64,000 nucleotides of DNA, from assembly GCA_963832395.1 (NCBI GenBank), contig CAWHTV010000004.1:69284-133283 (forward strand). The letters are read 5' to 3'. Both the position numbers and the translations under genes were made by a program. The notes under the pieces were generated by a model. It saw only the letters and a list, made by a program, of their open reading frames with translations. It was not told the origin of the DNA and made no database searches. Shown piece after piece: positions 11,603-23,397 of this stretch. The DNA comes from an uncultured delta proteobacterium. Lineage in GTDB: Bacteria > Desulfobacterota > Binatia > Binatales > Binataceae. The stretch's first letter is position 1. Each line of letters starts with the position of its first letter.

Positions 11603-11941
11603 GCACCATCGATTTGCGCCAGAACGCCTCCGCCGAATGCGGATTGGCCGCGGCGTTTGGCGGTCGCCGGCGCTGGAGCGGAATGACGATTGCCACGTTC
11701 TTCCCTGTGGATGTCTTATGCTCCACTGCGCAGCGGGGCGCAAGCGGCGCGGACCGGATTCCGTCGCCTGCGGACTGAAGCGATAGCCGGCTCGCCTGCC
11801 GAGTCAAAAAGCCTTTGCCTCATGGCGCAATAAAGTCTAGACAGGATGCGGTACCTTGCGGGATCGGCGCCCTGCGGCCGGGCGTGACGGATCCATGACT
11901 CGCGGACCCGCGAGGACGAATTTCGTGACGGAGGGCAGGCG

Positions 11942-12965
11942 ATGAAGTTCGGTGTGATGTATGACTTTCGCAATCCAAAGCAGTGGCGGCGTCCTTATAC
12001 GGAGTTGTACGCCGCGATGCTCGATCAGGCCGCGATGCTCGACGAGCTCGGCTACGACAACGTGTGGCTGACCGAGCATCATTTCGTCGACGACGGCTAC
12101 AATCCGGCCGTGCTGCCGACCGCCGCGGCGATCGCCGCGCGCACCAAAAAAATCCGCATCGGGACGTTCGTGCTGCTGCTGCCGTTTCATAACCCGGTGC
12201 GCGTCGCCGAAGACGCCACCTGCGTCGATATCCTCTCCAACGGGCGCTTCGACCTCGGCGTCGGACAGGGCTACCGTGCCGAGGAGTTCGCGGCGTTCAA
12301 GCTTCCGCGGCCCGAGCGCTCGGCGCGCCTGGCCGAGGGCGTCGAGCTTATCCGGCGGCTATGGACCGACGATGCAGGTCACCTTCGAGGGCAAGTTCAA
12401 CCGGGTCGAGGCGATGGCGCTCCATCCCAAGCCGGTGCAGCAGCCCCATCCGCCGATCTGGATCGGCGCGCGGACCGACAAGGCCGCCCGCCGCGCCGCC
12501 CGGCTGGGCCATCATCTGCTCGCCACGATCGGGCCCGACCCCGCGATCCCGTACCGCGACGAACTCAAGTTGCTCGGCCGCGACCCGGCGAAATTTTCGA
12601 TCGCGCAGTTGCGGGTCGTTTACGTCGCCGAATCGGCCGACCGCGCCTGGCACGACATCCAGGATCATCTGAACTACATGATGGGCGAGTACGCGCAGTG
12701 GCTGGGCGAAGCCAACGACGTCGCCGGCGACAAGGCGGTATGGGAGTTGAGGCGTCCCGAGGACCTGCGCACGTCGCCGTATGCCGAGCACATGATGGTC
12801 GGGACGCCGGCGGAGGTTATCGCGAAATTCAAGGCTTTCAGCCGCCAGTACGCCTGCACGCATTTCATCATGGCGACGCCGCTGCCCGGGATGGATCCGG
12901 CCAAGTCGCGCCGTTCGCTGGAGATGTTCGCGAGCGAAGTCCGGCCGCATCTGGCGGGACTCTGA
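11942..12965 (+). CDS. LLM-family flavin/F420-dependent oxidoreductase, one frameshift near 12370
   Basis: MKFGVMYDFRNPKQWRRPYTELYAAMLDQAAMLDELGYDNVWLTEHHFVDDGY...GTFVLLLPFHNPVRVAED from ORF 11942, then VTFEGKFNRVEAMALHPKPVQQPHPPIWIGARTD...MVGTPAEVIAKFKAF from ORF 12276. Confidence 0.7.
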
Positions 12966-13044
12966 TCGCGCCGCTCATGTTGGAAACGGATTTGCCTCAA
13001 CTTCAACCCTGACGCGATACAAGGAGGTACAAGCGAGGTACAAG

Positions 13045-14113
13045 ATGGATTTCGGCTGTGTCTTCTTCGCAAACCCCGAGGCTTACAAGGACGCCGCGCT
13101 GGCCGAGAAGCTGGGCTTCTCGCACGGCTGGCTTTACGACTCGCAGATGCTCGGCAGCGACGTATACGCGGCGCTCGCGTTGTGCGCGGTCAATACGCGC
13201 CGGCTCATCATCGGGCCCGGCGTGACCAATCCGCTCTCGCGAATCGCGCCGGTCACCGCCTGCGCGATGGCGACGATCAACGCGCTCGCGCCCGGCCGCG
13301 TGGTGCTCGGAATCGGCACCGGCAACACGGCCCGGCGCACGCTCGGGATGCCGGCCGCGCGGGTCGATCAGATGCGCGAGCATATCGAGACCTGCCGCGG
13401 CCTGCTGAAGCGGCAAAACCGTTCCTTACCAGGAAGGCGAGCGGCACCGGATGATCAAGTTTCTCAATCCCGGCGGCGGCTATATCAACATCCGCAAGAA
13501 GGTGCCGATTTACGTCGCCGCCAGCGGCACGCGCAGCCTGGAAATGGCGGGCGAAATCGCGGACGGCGTGATCCTGTTCGGCGCCGTGGGACCGAGCCTG
13601 ATCAACTTCGTGATGGACCGCGTGCGCGCGGGAGCCGAGCGCGCGGGACGCAAGTTCTCGAGCATCTACACGCTCTGCATGACCGCCTTTCATCTGACGC
13701 GCCCGGGCCAGAAACTCGAATCGACGCAGGTGCGGCGCGCCGTGGGGCCGTTCGTCGCCTCGTCGTCGAACATCTTCGCGCTGGCCGCACCCGACAAGAG
13801 TGACCTGCCCGCGGACCTGCGCGACGACATCACCAAGTTTGCCGCCGCCTACAAGGTCGAGAACGAGCCCGCCGAGACGCGCCACCTCAAGCTCTACGCG
13901 GGCTACCTGCGCGGCTTCCGCAAGGAACACGAGGCGCTGGTGACGGAGCGGATGATTCGCGCGACTACGCTTACCGGAACGCGCGAGGAAATCGTCGATT
14001 CGATTCGGGCGATGAAGAAGGCGGGCATCCGCCAGGTCGCGATCCAGCCGATCGTGGACAATCGCACCACGCTGCAGACCTTCTCGCGCGAGATCATCAA
14101 GGCGATGCGCTAG
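13045..14113 (+). CDS. LLM-family flavin/F420-dependent oxidoreductase, one frameshift near 13430
   Basis: MDFGCVFFANPEAYKDAALAEKLGFSHGWLYDSQM...LGIGTGNTARRTLGMPAARVDQMREHIE, then MIKFLNPGGGYINIRKKVPIYVAASGTRSLEMAGEIADGVILFG...TGTREEIVDSIRAMKKAGIRQVAIQP. Confidence 0.7.
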
Positions 14114-14182
14114 GCCGCGACGCGCCAATAGCAAGCGGCATCGCGCTCGGAGTCGAGCGCGCCACAAAAGTGCCGAGGCGGC

Positions 14183-14420
14183 CTCTTCGGTCATCCTGAG
14201 CGAAGCGCGTCTGCGAGCGGGGTCGAAGGATCTCGCGCGGCATCTTTATGCCGCGTGATTTGCCGAGCCTTTCTGGAAAAGACGATCACGGCCGCATAGA
14301 CAGCGGGCGCGACATCCTTCGCTGCGCTCAGGATGACCCAAGAGCCTCGCTTCGCCGGGATGACGGAGCGAACAGCTTCTGCTCAGGAATGACGGCGCAG
14401 GTCCGTCATGCTTTTGTCCC
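14183..14420. repeat. Degenerate cluster of the gtcatcctgagcg / cgaaggatc palindromic repeat family
   Basis: gtcatcctgagcgaagcg...cgaaggatctcgcgcggcat...cgcgacatccttcgctgcgctcaggatgac (about 150-bp palindrome), followed by the partial arms cgcttcgccgggatgacgg and ctgctcaggaatgacgg. Confidence 0.45.
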
Positions 14421-14569
14421 TGCGGTGGCAAAAATCTGTCTCTGCGGCGAGTCACTCGCGCTTCTGCGCCCAGATAAAGCCGCTGGCGAATTGATTTTCC
14501 CGCCTTAGGAGTTCAGGCCTGACATCGGTCTGAAAGTTGCTCCTGCTGAAGACGGGGCGAAATCTCCGT

Positions 14570-16028
<1,459 letters not shown>

Positions 16029-16048
<20 letters not shown>

Positions 16049-16487
16049 TTCGCGCGCAATATCACGCGACGCGCCCGACGCAGGCACGGTCGGCGCAATT
16101 ACGGGCGGCGAAAGCACGGTGAGCCTCGCCCGGATCGATCGCTTACGCAACTCGATGCCCGGCAAGGACTCCCTGCTCGACGAGTTGATCGACCTCTTTG
16201 TCTCCGACCTGCCCAAGCGCCTGAACGCGATCGCACAGGCCATCGAGCGCGCCGACGCGTCGAGCAAGATGAACCTGGCGCTGCAAGCCCACGCGCTGCG
16301 CGGCAGTGCGGCTAATTTTGGCGCCAGCCATCTCGACGAGCTATGCGGGAAGCTTGAAGAGATCGGTGTGGATGGGACACTCGCGGAGGCGCCCGCGATG
16401 CTCGAGGAGCTCGGGCGTGAAAGCGCGCGGGTGCGCGCCGCGCTGCTGGCGCTGAAATCAAATATCGCGCCGAACCCGTCGCGTTAG
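16029..16487 (+). CDS. Hpt (histidine phosphotransfer) domain protein
   Basis: LDELIDLFVSDLPKRLNAIAQAIERADASSKMNLALQAHALRGSAANFGASHLDELCGKLEEIG is a typical Hpt helix bundle with the phosphoacceptor His in the HALRGSA context. The ATG overlaps the regulator stop. Confidence 0.6.
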
Positions 16488-17258
16488 AAGTCCAGCGGCA
16501 GCTCGAGAAAGCTGTGATAGATGAAGTCGCGATGCTCGAGCAGGATGGATGTCGTGGCGCTCCTGATTGTCGGATCGGTGTTGGTATAGACGCGCCTGAA
16601 CGCCGGCGACAACGGGCATAGCTCGTCGGGCAGCGGATCGTTCATCACCGCGAAGGTCGCCCAATAGATGTCCAGTGCGCTGAGCGCGTCGCCGATGAAG
16701 AACCGGCTGCCGCGCTTGCGCTGCGATTCGAGCCGGGCGGTTAGGGCGTTGAGAATTCCCGCCAGGCGCACCGGCGCGGCCTCGGCCGCCGCCTTGTCAT
16801 AGCCGTACTTATTGGCCAGGTATTGGAAGAGCCGGCGCCCCGCTTCGTCGGGGTTTTCAAGGCCCTTGGCGGATGATCAGCAACCGCTTCGTCCATCCGA
16901 ATCCGTTCTCGCCGCAGATTTCGTTGGCATGGCCGAACATCAGGATGCGATCCTCGCGGTTGGCCGGAATCAGCGGCGGATTGGGCTGAAGCCGCTCAGC
17001 CAGGTAGAGCTGGTCGTTCCAGAGACTGCGCGGCCATTCGTCATTCCAGACCATTACGGGGGCGCTCGCCTGCGCGGTCCATTCGAGCAACTCGCGATTG
17101 GCGCCGCCCAGTTCCTGGCTCACTTTGACGAAGGGAATTTTCTTTACGTGGAGGATGCTCTTGGCCGCCTCGCTCCATGGTCCCGGCACTCCGGGCGTCA
17201 ACACCAGCCGCAGTCCCGTCATCGCACGCGCGCGCGCTACTTCGATATATTCCGCCAT
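16484..17258 (-). CDS. Glutathione S-transferase-like (thioredoxin-fold) protein, one frameshift near 16860
   Basis: ORF 16857..17258 (MAEYIEVARARAMTGLRLVLTPGVPGPWSEAAKSILHVKKIPFVKV...) continues in frame 16484..16771 (...FFIGDALSALDIYWATFAVMNDPLPDE...). Confidence 0.45.
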
Positions 17259-17536
17259 GGCGTCATTCTCCCCCGCATGGATTATGCGTCAGCCGGCGCC
17301 TGTCCGCCGGAAGCTTGACCGGCGAGCGGTACAAAGGCCGCAGCTCTCGACATCAAGCTTGTCTCAGAAAAGCGCGCAAAAAGAAAACCCCGACAGAAAG
17401 ACACGCTTCAAGAGCGATTGCCGCTTTCGAAAGTGCAGGAGCCGGCCAGAGCCGAAGAAACAATTTGCCTTTTCACCTGCATTTGCAGTTATTGACCGAA
17501 CAGGCGCGAGAAACCCACCATCGAGGAGACCGAGCG

Positions 17537-17983
17537 ATGAAGCAGATCATCTATGCCATGCAGTTCAAGGGACAGGGCGGCCCGGGCGGATCGCCGAACG
17601 TGCTCAAGGCTACGACGAGTTCCCCGAGCTCCACGCTCACCACCGTGATCGGTCCCGAAGGCGTGCACGGCAGCGTGCAGCCGGCGGCCGGCGGCAAGGC
17701 CTCGTTCGAGTCGGAAGTGACGGTCACCGGCGAGACCTCATTCGTGGAGTCGGGCAGCATCCGCTTCGGCGACGGCAATCATCGCCTGCGCTTCAGCACG
17801 GTGGGACAGGGATATCTCGGCGACAGCCCGGAGCCGAAGCTCAAGTCGGGAGCCGTGATGTGGAAGGTCGATGGCGGCGAGGGGCAGTTTGCCGGCGCCA
17901 GCGGCTATATCACGTCGAACTTCACGATGGACGAAGCGGGCCACGTGACCGACAACCAGTTCGGCGTGATCTACGTCAAATAG
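17537..17983 (+). CDS. Hypothetical small protein (Gly/Ser/Thr-rich, probably beta-barrel)
   Basis: MKQIIYAMQFKGQGGPGGSPNVLKATTSS...SIRFGDGNHRLRFSTVGQGYLGDSPEPKLKSGAVMWKVDGGEGQFAGASGYITSNFTMDEAGHVTDNQFGVIYVK. GAGGAGA SD 6 nt upstream. No confident family. Confidence 0.5.
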   Translation: MKQIIYAMQFKGQGGPGGSPNVLKATTSSPSSTLTTVIGPEGVHGSVQPAAGGKASFESEVTVTGETSFVESGSIRFGDGNHRLRFSTVGQGYLGDSPEPKLKSGAVMWKVDGGEGQFAGASGYITSNFTMDEAGHVTDNQFGVIYVK

Positions 17984-18085
17984 AAGCGCGCCGGGGCTAT
18001 CAAATAGAGAGCGCGCCGGCCTGCGCCGCGCATCCACCGGGAGCGGTTGCGGGAGCGGCCTGGGGATGCGGGGCGCGGGACGCGC

Positions 18086-19132
18086 TCAGTGTTCGAGCAT
18101 GCGCGAGAGCGTGCGCGCGGTATAGTCGACCAGCGGGATGACCCGCTCATAATCCATCCGCACCGGACCGACGATCGCGACGCTGCCAAGCGGCATCGCG
18201 CCGCTCTGGTAGGACGCGGCGACCACGCTGAGGCTCGCCAGGCGCGCGTCGAAGTTCTCCGACCCGATCGACACCGTGAGCCCGCTATGCGCGACGCTGC
18301 GCTCGAGCAGGTCGAGCAGCGCGCTGCGGTCCTCGAGCGCATGGAGCAGTTCGCGCAGCCGGTTATGGTCGGCGAACTCCGGCTGGTCGGCGACCTTGGC
18401 GCTGCCTTCGACATAGACCTCGGTTGAGCCGACGCGCTCGGCCAGCGCGCCGCCAAGCGCCAGCGCGGCGCGCATGAAGCGGTCGTAGCGGGCGCGATCC
18501 TCGCGCTGCCGCTCCTCGATCCATTCGCGCGCTTCCTCCAGCGTGCGCCCGTGCAGCGCCTCGTTGAGGTAGCGCGCCATGCGGTCGAGTTCCTCCTGGC
18601 CGTGGTCGCCTTCGGTCTGGACCAGGCGGTTATGCACTCCGCCGGCGGCGGCGACGAAAATCGCCAGGACCTCGCGCTCGCGCAAGCGCACGAAGCTCAC
18701 GCGCTCGAGCTTGATCGATTCCAGCCGCGGCGCCATCACCAGCGCCGCCTGCCCGGTCAGCAGCGCCAACAGGCGCGAGGTCTCACGCATCACCTCGCCC
18801 AGCTCGCGCGGCCCGGCCGAATAGCACAGCTCGATTTGCGAGCGGTCCTCGAACCCGATGTGCCGCATCGACATCACGTGGTCGACGTAGTGGCGAAAGG
18901 CGCGGTCGGTCGGGACGCGGCCGGCCGAGGTGTGCGGCTGGCGCAGGTAGCCCGCGCTCTCCAGCTCGGCCATCAGGTTGCGCGCCATCGCGGCGCGCAC
19001 GCCGAGCGGGTAGCGCATCGCGATCTGCTGCGAGCCGACCGGCTCGGCCGTCGCGATGAACTCCTGCACGGTGGCGAGCAGCACCGAATGCTGGCGGTGG
19101 GATAGTTCGCCCTGTGCTGCTGGAGTTTCCAT
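18086..19132 (-). CDS. hrcA: Heat-inducible transcription repressor HrcA
   Basis: Intact 348-aa ORF: LSHRQHSVLLATVQEFIATAEPVGSQQIAMRYPLGVRAAMARNLMAELESAGYLRQPHTSAGRVPTDRAFRHYVDHVM. Confidence 0.85.
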   Translation of the reverse strand: METPAAQGELSHRQHSVLLATVQEFIATAEPVGSQQIAMRYPLGVRAAMARNLMAELESAGYLRQPHTSAGRVPTDRAFRHYVDHVMSMRHIGFEDRSQIELCYSAGPRELGEVMRETSRLLALLTGQAALVMAPRLESIKLERVSFVRLREREVLAIFVAAAGGVHNRLVQTEGDHGQEELDRMARYLNEALHGRTLEEAREWIEERQREDRARYDRFMRAALALGGALAERVGSTEVYVEGSAKVADQPEFADHNRLRELLHALEDRSALLDLLERSVAHSGLTVSIGSENFDARLASLSVVAASYQSGAMPLGSVAIVGPVRMDYERVIPLVDYTARTLSRMLEH

Positions 19133-19343
19133 CGCGTCAACGATTCGTTGCTAAGGACCTTTTGTCTGAGTGGCCTTTGCCGACCCTGATCCGATCGCGA
19201 CACCAATGCTCGCTTAACAATTCTCGTTGAGCGGAGGGCGCCGCGCAAGGGCTCGGCGCATTCGCAACTATGCATTTTAGCACAGCCGAGGCTCCTGATA
19301 GGCTCTATATCGAGCGCGCCGTCGAGCGCTGGGAGTCTCTGCG

Positions 19344-20928
19344 ATGGCGAAAAAGGCGGCCAAACCACGGCGCTTGTACATCCCGGTCGTGCCGGCCGGC
19401 GCGTCGTGGATCGAAAGCGACAGCTACGATCGCCGCGCCTGGAGCGATATCGGGCTGGGCGCGCCCGCGATCGGCGAGCTGGTCGAGGCCGGCCGCCGCC
19501 TCGTGCCGCATTTCGACGCGCTGCTCGGCGACCTGTTCTTCGCGCTCTTCAAGTACAACCTGGTCTGGCTCAAGACCGACGCGGTGCGCAAAAGCGCGAT
19601 TCTCAATCACACCATCCTCGATCGCCTCGTCGCGTCGCCCGCCTTCGAGGCGCTCAAGAGCCGCACGCTGCTCGAGGAGGACAAGGCCGCGATAGCCGCC
19701 CTCGCGCTCGCCGAACAGGCGCTCGAGCTGGTGCGCTCGGAGCGGCTGCTCAACCGTCGCGAACTGCTCGATCTCTGGGACTTGCATCATCAGGAAGAGG
19801 ACCTGGCGCGAGCGCGCCGACGAGCTCAAGGCGACGGCCGAGGCGGCCGCGCCAGCCGATGGCGAGACGCCATCCGACGAGGAGCTCAAGAAAAAGATCG
19901 AGAAGCTCAAAGAGGCGGCCGCGCGCGCCGCCCAGGTCTCCGAGGCGCGGCTCAACCAGAAGGCGCGCCAGGTGACCGAGCAGATCGGCCATGCCGACCA
20001 GGGCGAGCTGCGCCGGATGGAAGCCAAGAGCCTCGGACTGGCGCAGGAGATCGACCGCGTCGCGCAGGACAGCCATGACTTCAGCCTGGAGTTCGGCCAG
20101 GGCGGCCGGCTCTCGGCCGGCGAACGGCTGGAGCTCGGGCGTCACCTCGCGCGCAATCGCAAGCTCGGCGAGCTCGCGCGGCTGGTCGGCCGCTTCAAGC
20201 AGGACGCGCGCGCGCTGCGGCGCAAAACGATGGAGCGCGGCGTGGCCGAGGCCTACGACATCGAGCGCGGCTCGGAGCTGGGGCGGCTGATTCCGGCCGA
20301 GCTGCTCGCGATGCATCATCCGGGCCTGCGGCGCGACTTCGGGCGCCGCCTGCTCGAAGGCGAACTGCTCCAGTACCGCCTGCGCGAGGAAGAGCAGAAG
20401 GGCAAGGGCCCGATGGTGGTGTGCATCGACGTTAGCTCCTCGATGCAAGGCGACAAGGAGCTGTGGGCCAAGGCGGTGAGCCTGACGCTGATGGATATCG
20501 CGCGCCGTCAGCGCCGGCTGTTCCGCGCGGTGCTGTTTTCCTCGGGCCCCGGCAGCCTCAAGGTGCTCGACCTCAATCAGGAACGCCGCTATCAGCCCGA
20601 GCTTGGCAAGGTGATGGAGCTGGCGGAATATTTTCCGGGCGGCGGCACCGATTTCCAGCAGCCGATCGATGCGGCGATGGAACTGATCGAGCACAAACGG
20701 CTGCGCCGCGCCGACATCGTGATCATCACCGACGGCGAGAGCCAGGTCGCGCCCGAATGGCTGGCCGAACTGCGCCGGCGCAAAGAGGAGCTGCAATTCT
20801 CGATCTTCGCGGTGCTGGTCGACGTCGGTTCGAGCGAGCTTTCGACGCTGGCGCAGATGAGCGACCGCGTCACCTCGGTCAAGAAGCTCAGCGCCGAGGG
20901 CACGCGCGAGATTTTCATGAAGATATAG
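19344..20928 (+). CDS. von Willebrand factor A (VWA) domain protein, one frameshift near 19810
   Basis: N-terminal ORF 19344 (MAKKAAKPRRLYIPVVPAGASW...). C-terminal ORF 19972 carries the VWA MIDAS region (PMVVCIDVSSSMQGDKELWAKAVSLTLMDIA...GGGTDFQQPIDAAMELIE...IVIITDGE). Confidence 0.7.
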
Positions 20929-21075
20929 CCCGCTGGATTGCAATGCGAGCGGTCAGATGCTAGTGCTGGAGGTCGTCGGCCATCGCCTGTATGCGGGCCA
21001 AATTGCCGAACGTCACGAGGGGCAAAGTGACGAGAACCTCTGAGAAGTTAACATACCAAAGGGGAAAGAAAATGA

Positions 21076-22012
21076 AGAGATTAGGCTTCAGCCTGGGATT
21101 GGCAATTGTATTCTGCGCCGCCATGTCGGCCGATGGCCAGCGCGGCGGCATATTCGTTCCGAACGGTTGGTCTTTAAAGAACGACACGTTCACTCAATTA
21201 CTCGGCATCAACGATTCCGACCTGATTGCCGGCTACCACGGCATGCGAGCGTGAACAAAGGGTTCAGTGTTCACTCTGCCGAATACATTTCACCGAGCGA
21301 AAACTTTCCGGGTTCGTTACAGACTCAGGTAATCGGAATTAACAACAGCAATAAAACATCCGGATTTTACATCGATGGCGGCGGAGTCACCCACGGCTTC
21401 ACTGCGCAAACGCAGTAACCGTCTTCATCGACGGTGGATTATCCGGGCACCGGATTCAATCAATTGCTCAGTCAGAACAATCACGTCGACAAGCGGCTGG
21501 CTACTTACGCTGACAGTCCGGATTTCACCGTCGATCACGCGTATATCTATAACGAGAATCGGCAGGCGTATTTCTGCTGATCGTGAATCCGCTGTCGGTC
21601 AACAGTCAGGCGACGGGCATCAACGACCATGGAGCAGGTTTGCGGTTTTTACGTCGACGTTCCAGCAGCGTTACGCATGGATTTCATGCTGAATTTCGGC
21701 ACGCTGACCACGTTGGATTTTCCAGGGTCCGACGTTTACCCAGGCCCTTGGCTCTGAACAATGATGGGCCAACTGGTAGGCTTCTACCAGAACGGCCCGC
21801 GGCGGCTCACCGACGCACGGTTTCATATACAACAGTGCAACACCGGACATTTTCGGACGGTCGACGAACCCGATGGCGTGAACGTGGGTTGAGCACCACG
21901 ATCGGTCAATGGGATCAACAACTCGAGGACAAATTGTAGGGTTTTACGTCGGATCAGGACGGGCCACACGAATGGATTTATTGGCACGCCGAAGTCCCTG
22001 AGCGATCAGTTC
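21076..22012 (+). pseudogene. Decayed gene for a secreted HAF-type repeat protein (repeats GINxxGqivGfYvD...tHGF), six or more frame changes and stops; lower GC than its surroundings
   Basis: Signal peptide MKRLGFSLGLAIVFCAAMSA with a good SD. Repeat units are scattered over all three frames: LLGINDSDLIAGYHG, VIGINNSNKTSGFYIDGGGVTHGF, ATGINDHGQVCGFYVDV, NNDGQLVGFYQNG, GINNSGQIVGFYVGSGRATHGFIGTP. Confidence 0.45.
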
Positions 22013-22065
22013 TAATTTGACCGAGAAGGGCCTGGAAATTCGAGGCTCTTCTTCGATATCCGATG

Positions 22066-22826
22066 CTAAGGGCTGGGGCCGGAGCCTTCCGGAATCACTG
22101 GAGCTGTGGGCTGCACGAAATCCGGACTTACATTGCAGCACAGGACGTAGCTGGTCCCGGCGCGCGGCTCCGCCTCGTAGCCGTCGAGCGAGCCGTCCGG
22201 CTCGACCCGCACGGCCTCGTAGCTCAAGGTTCCCGAGGCGCGCTGGGCGGTGAAGATGTAGTAATGGCCGACTTCCAGCGGCTCCGGCGGACCGCTGTCC
22301 GGCGTCACCTGCGCGAAATGCTCGGGCAGCTTGCCGTAGGTGACGGACTTGGTTGCGAACTTGTCGCCCGAGCCCACCACTGGCAGCTTCGAGAACACCC
22401 CGGTGTCGGCCTTTATCTCCCATACCGTCACTCCGCCGTCGAAGCGGATGATCGACGCAGACGTGCTGCGCGTCGATGCTGCGCGATTCGACCATTTCCG
22501 CGCCGTTGAATTTCGACACGCTGAGCGAAGCCAGGTAGTCGCCCTGATGCGCGTAGGAAATAGCGACGGTGGCGCCGGGCGGAGCCGAATTTGCGTGCGC
22601 TCGAACCACCCTCGGCCGGTGCGCTATTGGCGGGACTGCCCTCGAGGCGAGGCGCCTTCAGCCGGACTGCTCTCCGCCGACGGAGAGGCTTCAGGAGAGG
22701 CCTCGGCTGAGAAGGCTGTGCGGGAGCGCTCGCGTTGGCCGGTTTTCCGCGATGCAGCATCGAGCACGCGCCGAACGCGAGCGCCGCGCCGATCACCGTC
22801 AGGCGCCATAGCGTGCGCCGCATGGC
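22066..22826 (-). CDS. Hypothetical lipoprotein, two frameshifts
   Basis: MRRTLWRLTVIGAALAFGACS (lipoprotein-like signal), then APPGATVAISYAHQGDYLASLSVSKFNGAEMVESRSID in a second frame, then VTVWEIKADTGVFSKLPVVGSGDKFATKSVTYGKLPEH... (ORF 22066..22431). Confidence 0.4.
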
Positions 22827-22883
22827 CGCGCTCCTGGCTCGCAACCGCATCGTCTGGTCCGGCCTCGCGGGGGGTATCATCAT

Positions 22884-23393
22884 CTACTGGCTGAACTCGA
22901 TCGGCTGACCGCAGGCGTAGCCGCCGGCATTATAGTCGTAAACCATCCGGCCGCCGTAGTCGGCGCCCTTGGCGATAAGCGCCACCACCAGCACCAGCAT
23001 CGCGAGAAAAGCTCCGCGACCTCGCGCCGGCATCGGCCGCGCGGCGATCGCCCACAGCGCAAGCGTCGCACTCAGTATCAGCACCGCGATCATTATCTGC
23101 TTGTGGTATGCCAACAGGGCCGTCTTGACCGACGGCGCGAGCATCACGCCCGGCGCCGCGTAGAGCCCGGTGGCGACGGCCGCCGCCGCGCCGAGCACGC
23201 CGAGAACCAGCGTCCACAGACCGCTCCATTGCCACGACTCGCGCCGCGCAAGAAATCCCAGCCAGTACATCAGGGCCGCCGCGGACAACAACGCGATCGG
23301 AAAGTGGACGATCAACGGATGGATGTTCTGCAGATGCTGCGCGCCGGGAAACGAGAACAGATCCCCCGCCGCCCGGAGCAGATCGGCTAACAC
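22884..23393 (-). CDS. DUF2231 family membrane protein
   Basis: Intact 169-aa ORF with four TM segments: HPLIVHFPIALLSAAALMYWLGFLA...WTLVLGVLGAAAAVATGLYAAPGVM... Confidence 0.6.
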   Translation of the reverse strand: MLADLLRAAGDLFSFPGAQHLQNIHPLIVHFPIALLSAAALMYWLGFLARRESWQWSGLWTLVLGVLGAAAAVATGLYAAPGVMLAPSVKTALLAYHKQIMIAVLILSATLALWAIAARPMPARGRGAFLAMLVLVVALIAKGADYGGRMVYDYNAGGYACGQPIEFSQ

Positions 23394-23397
23394 CGGA

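Noticed and set aside
19133-19343. Candidate CIRCE operator upstream of hrcA
   Set aside because: Only partial half-sites were found. There is no 9-N9-9 palindrome close to TTAGCACTC-N9-GAGTGCTAA.
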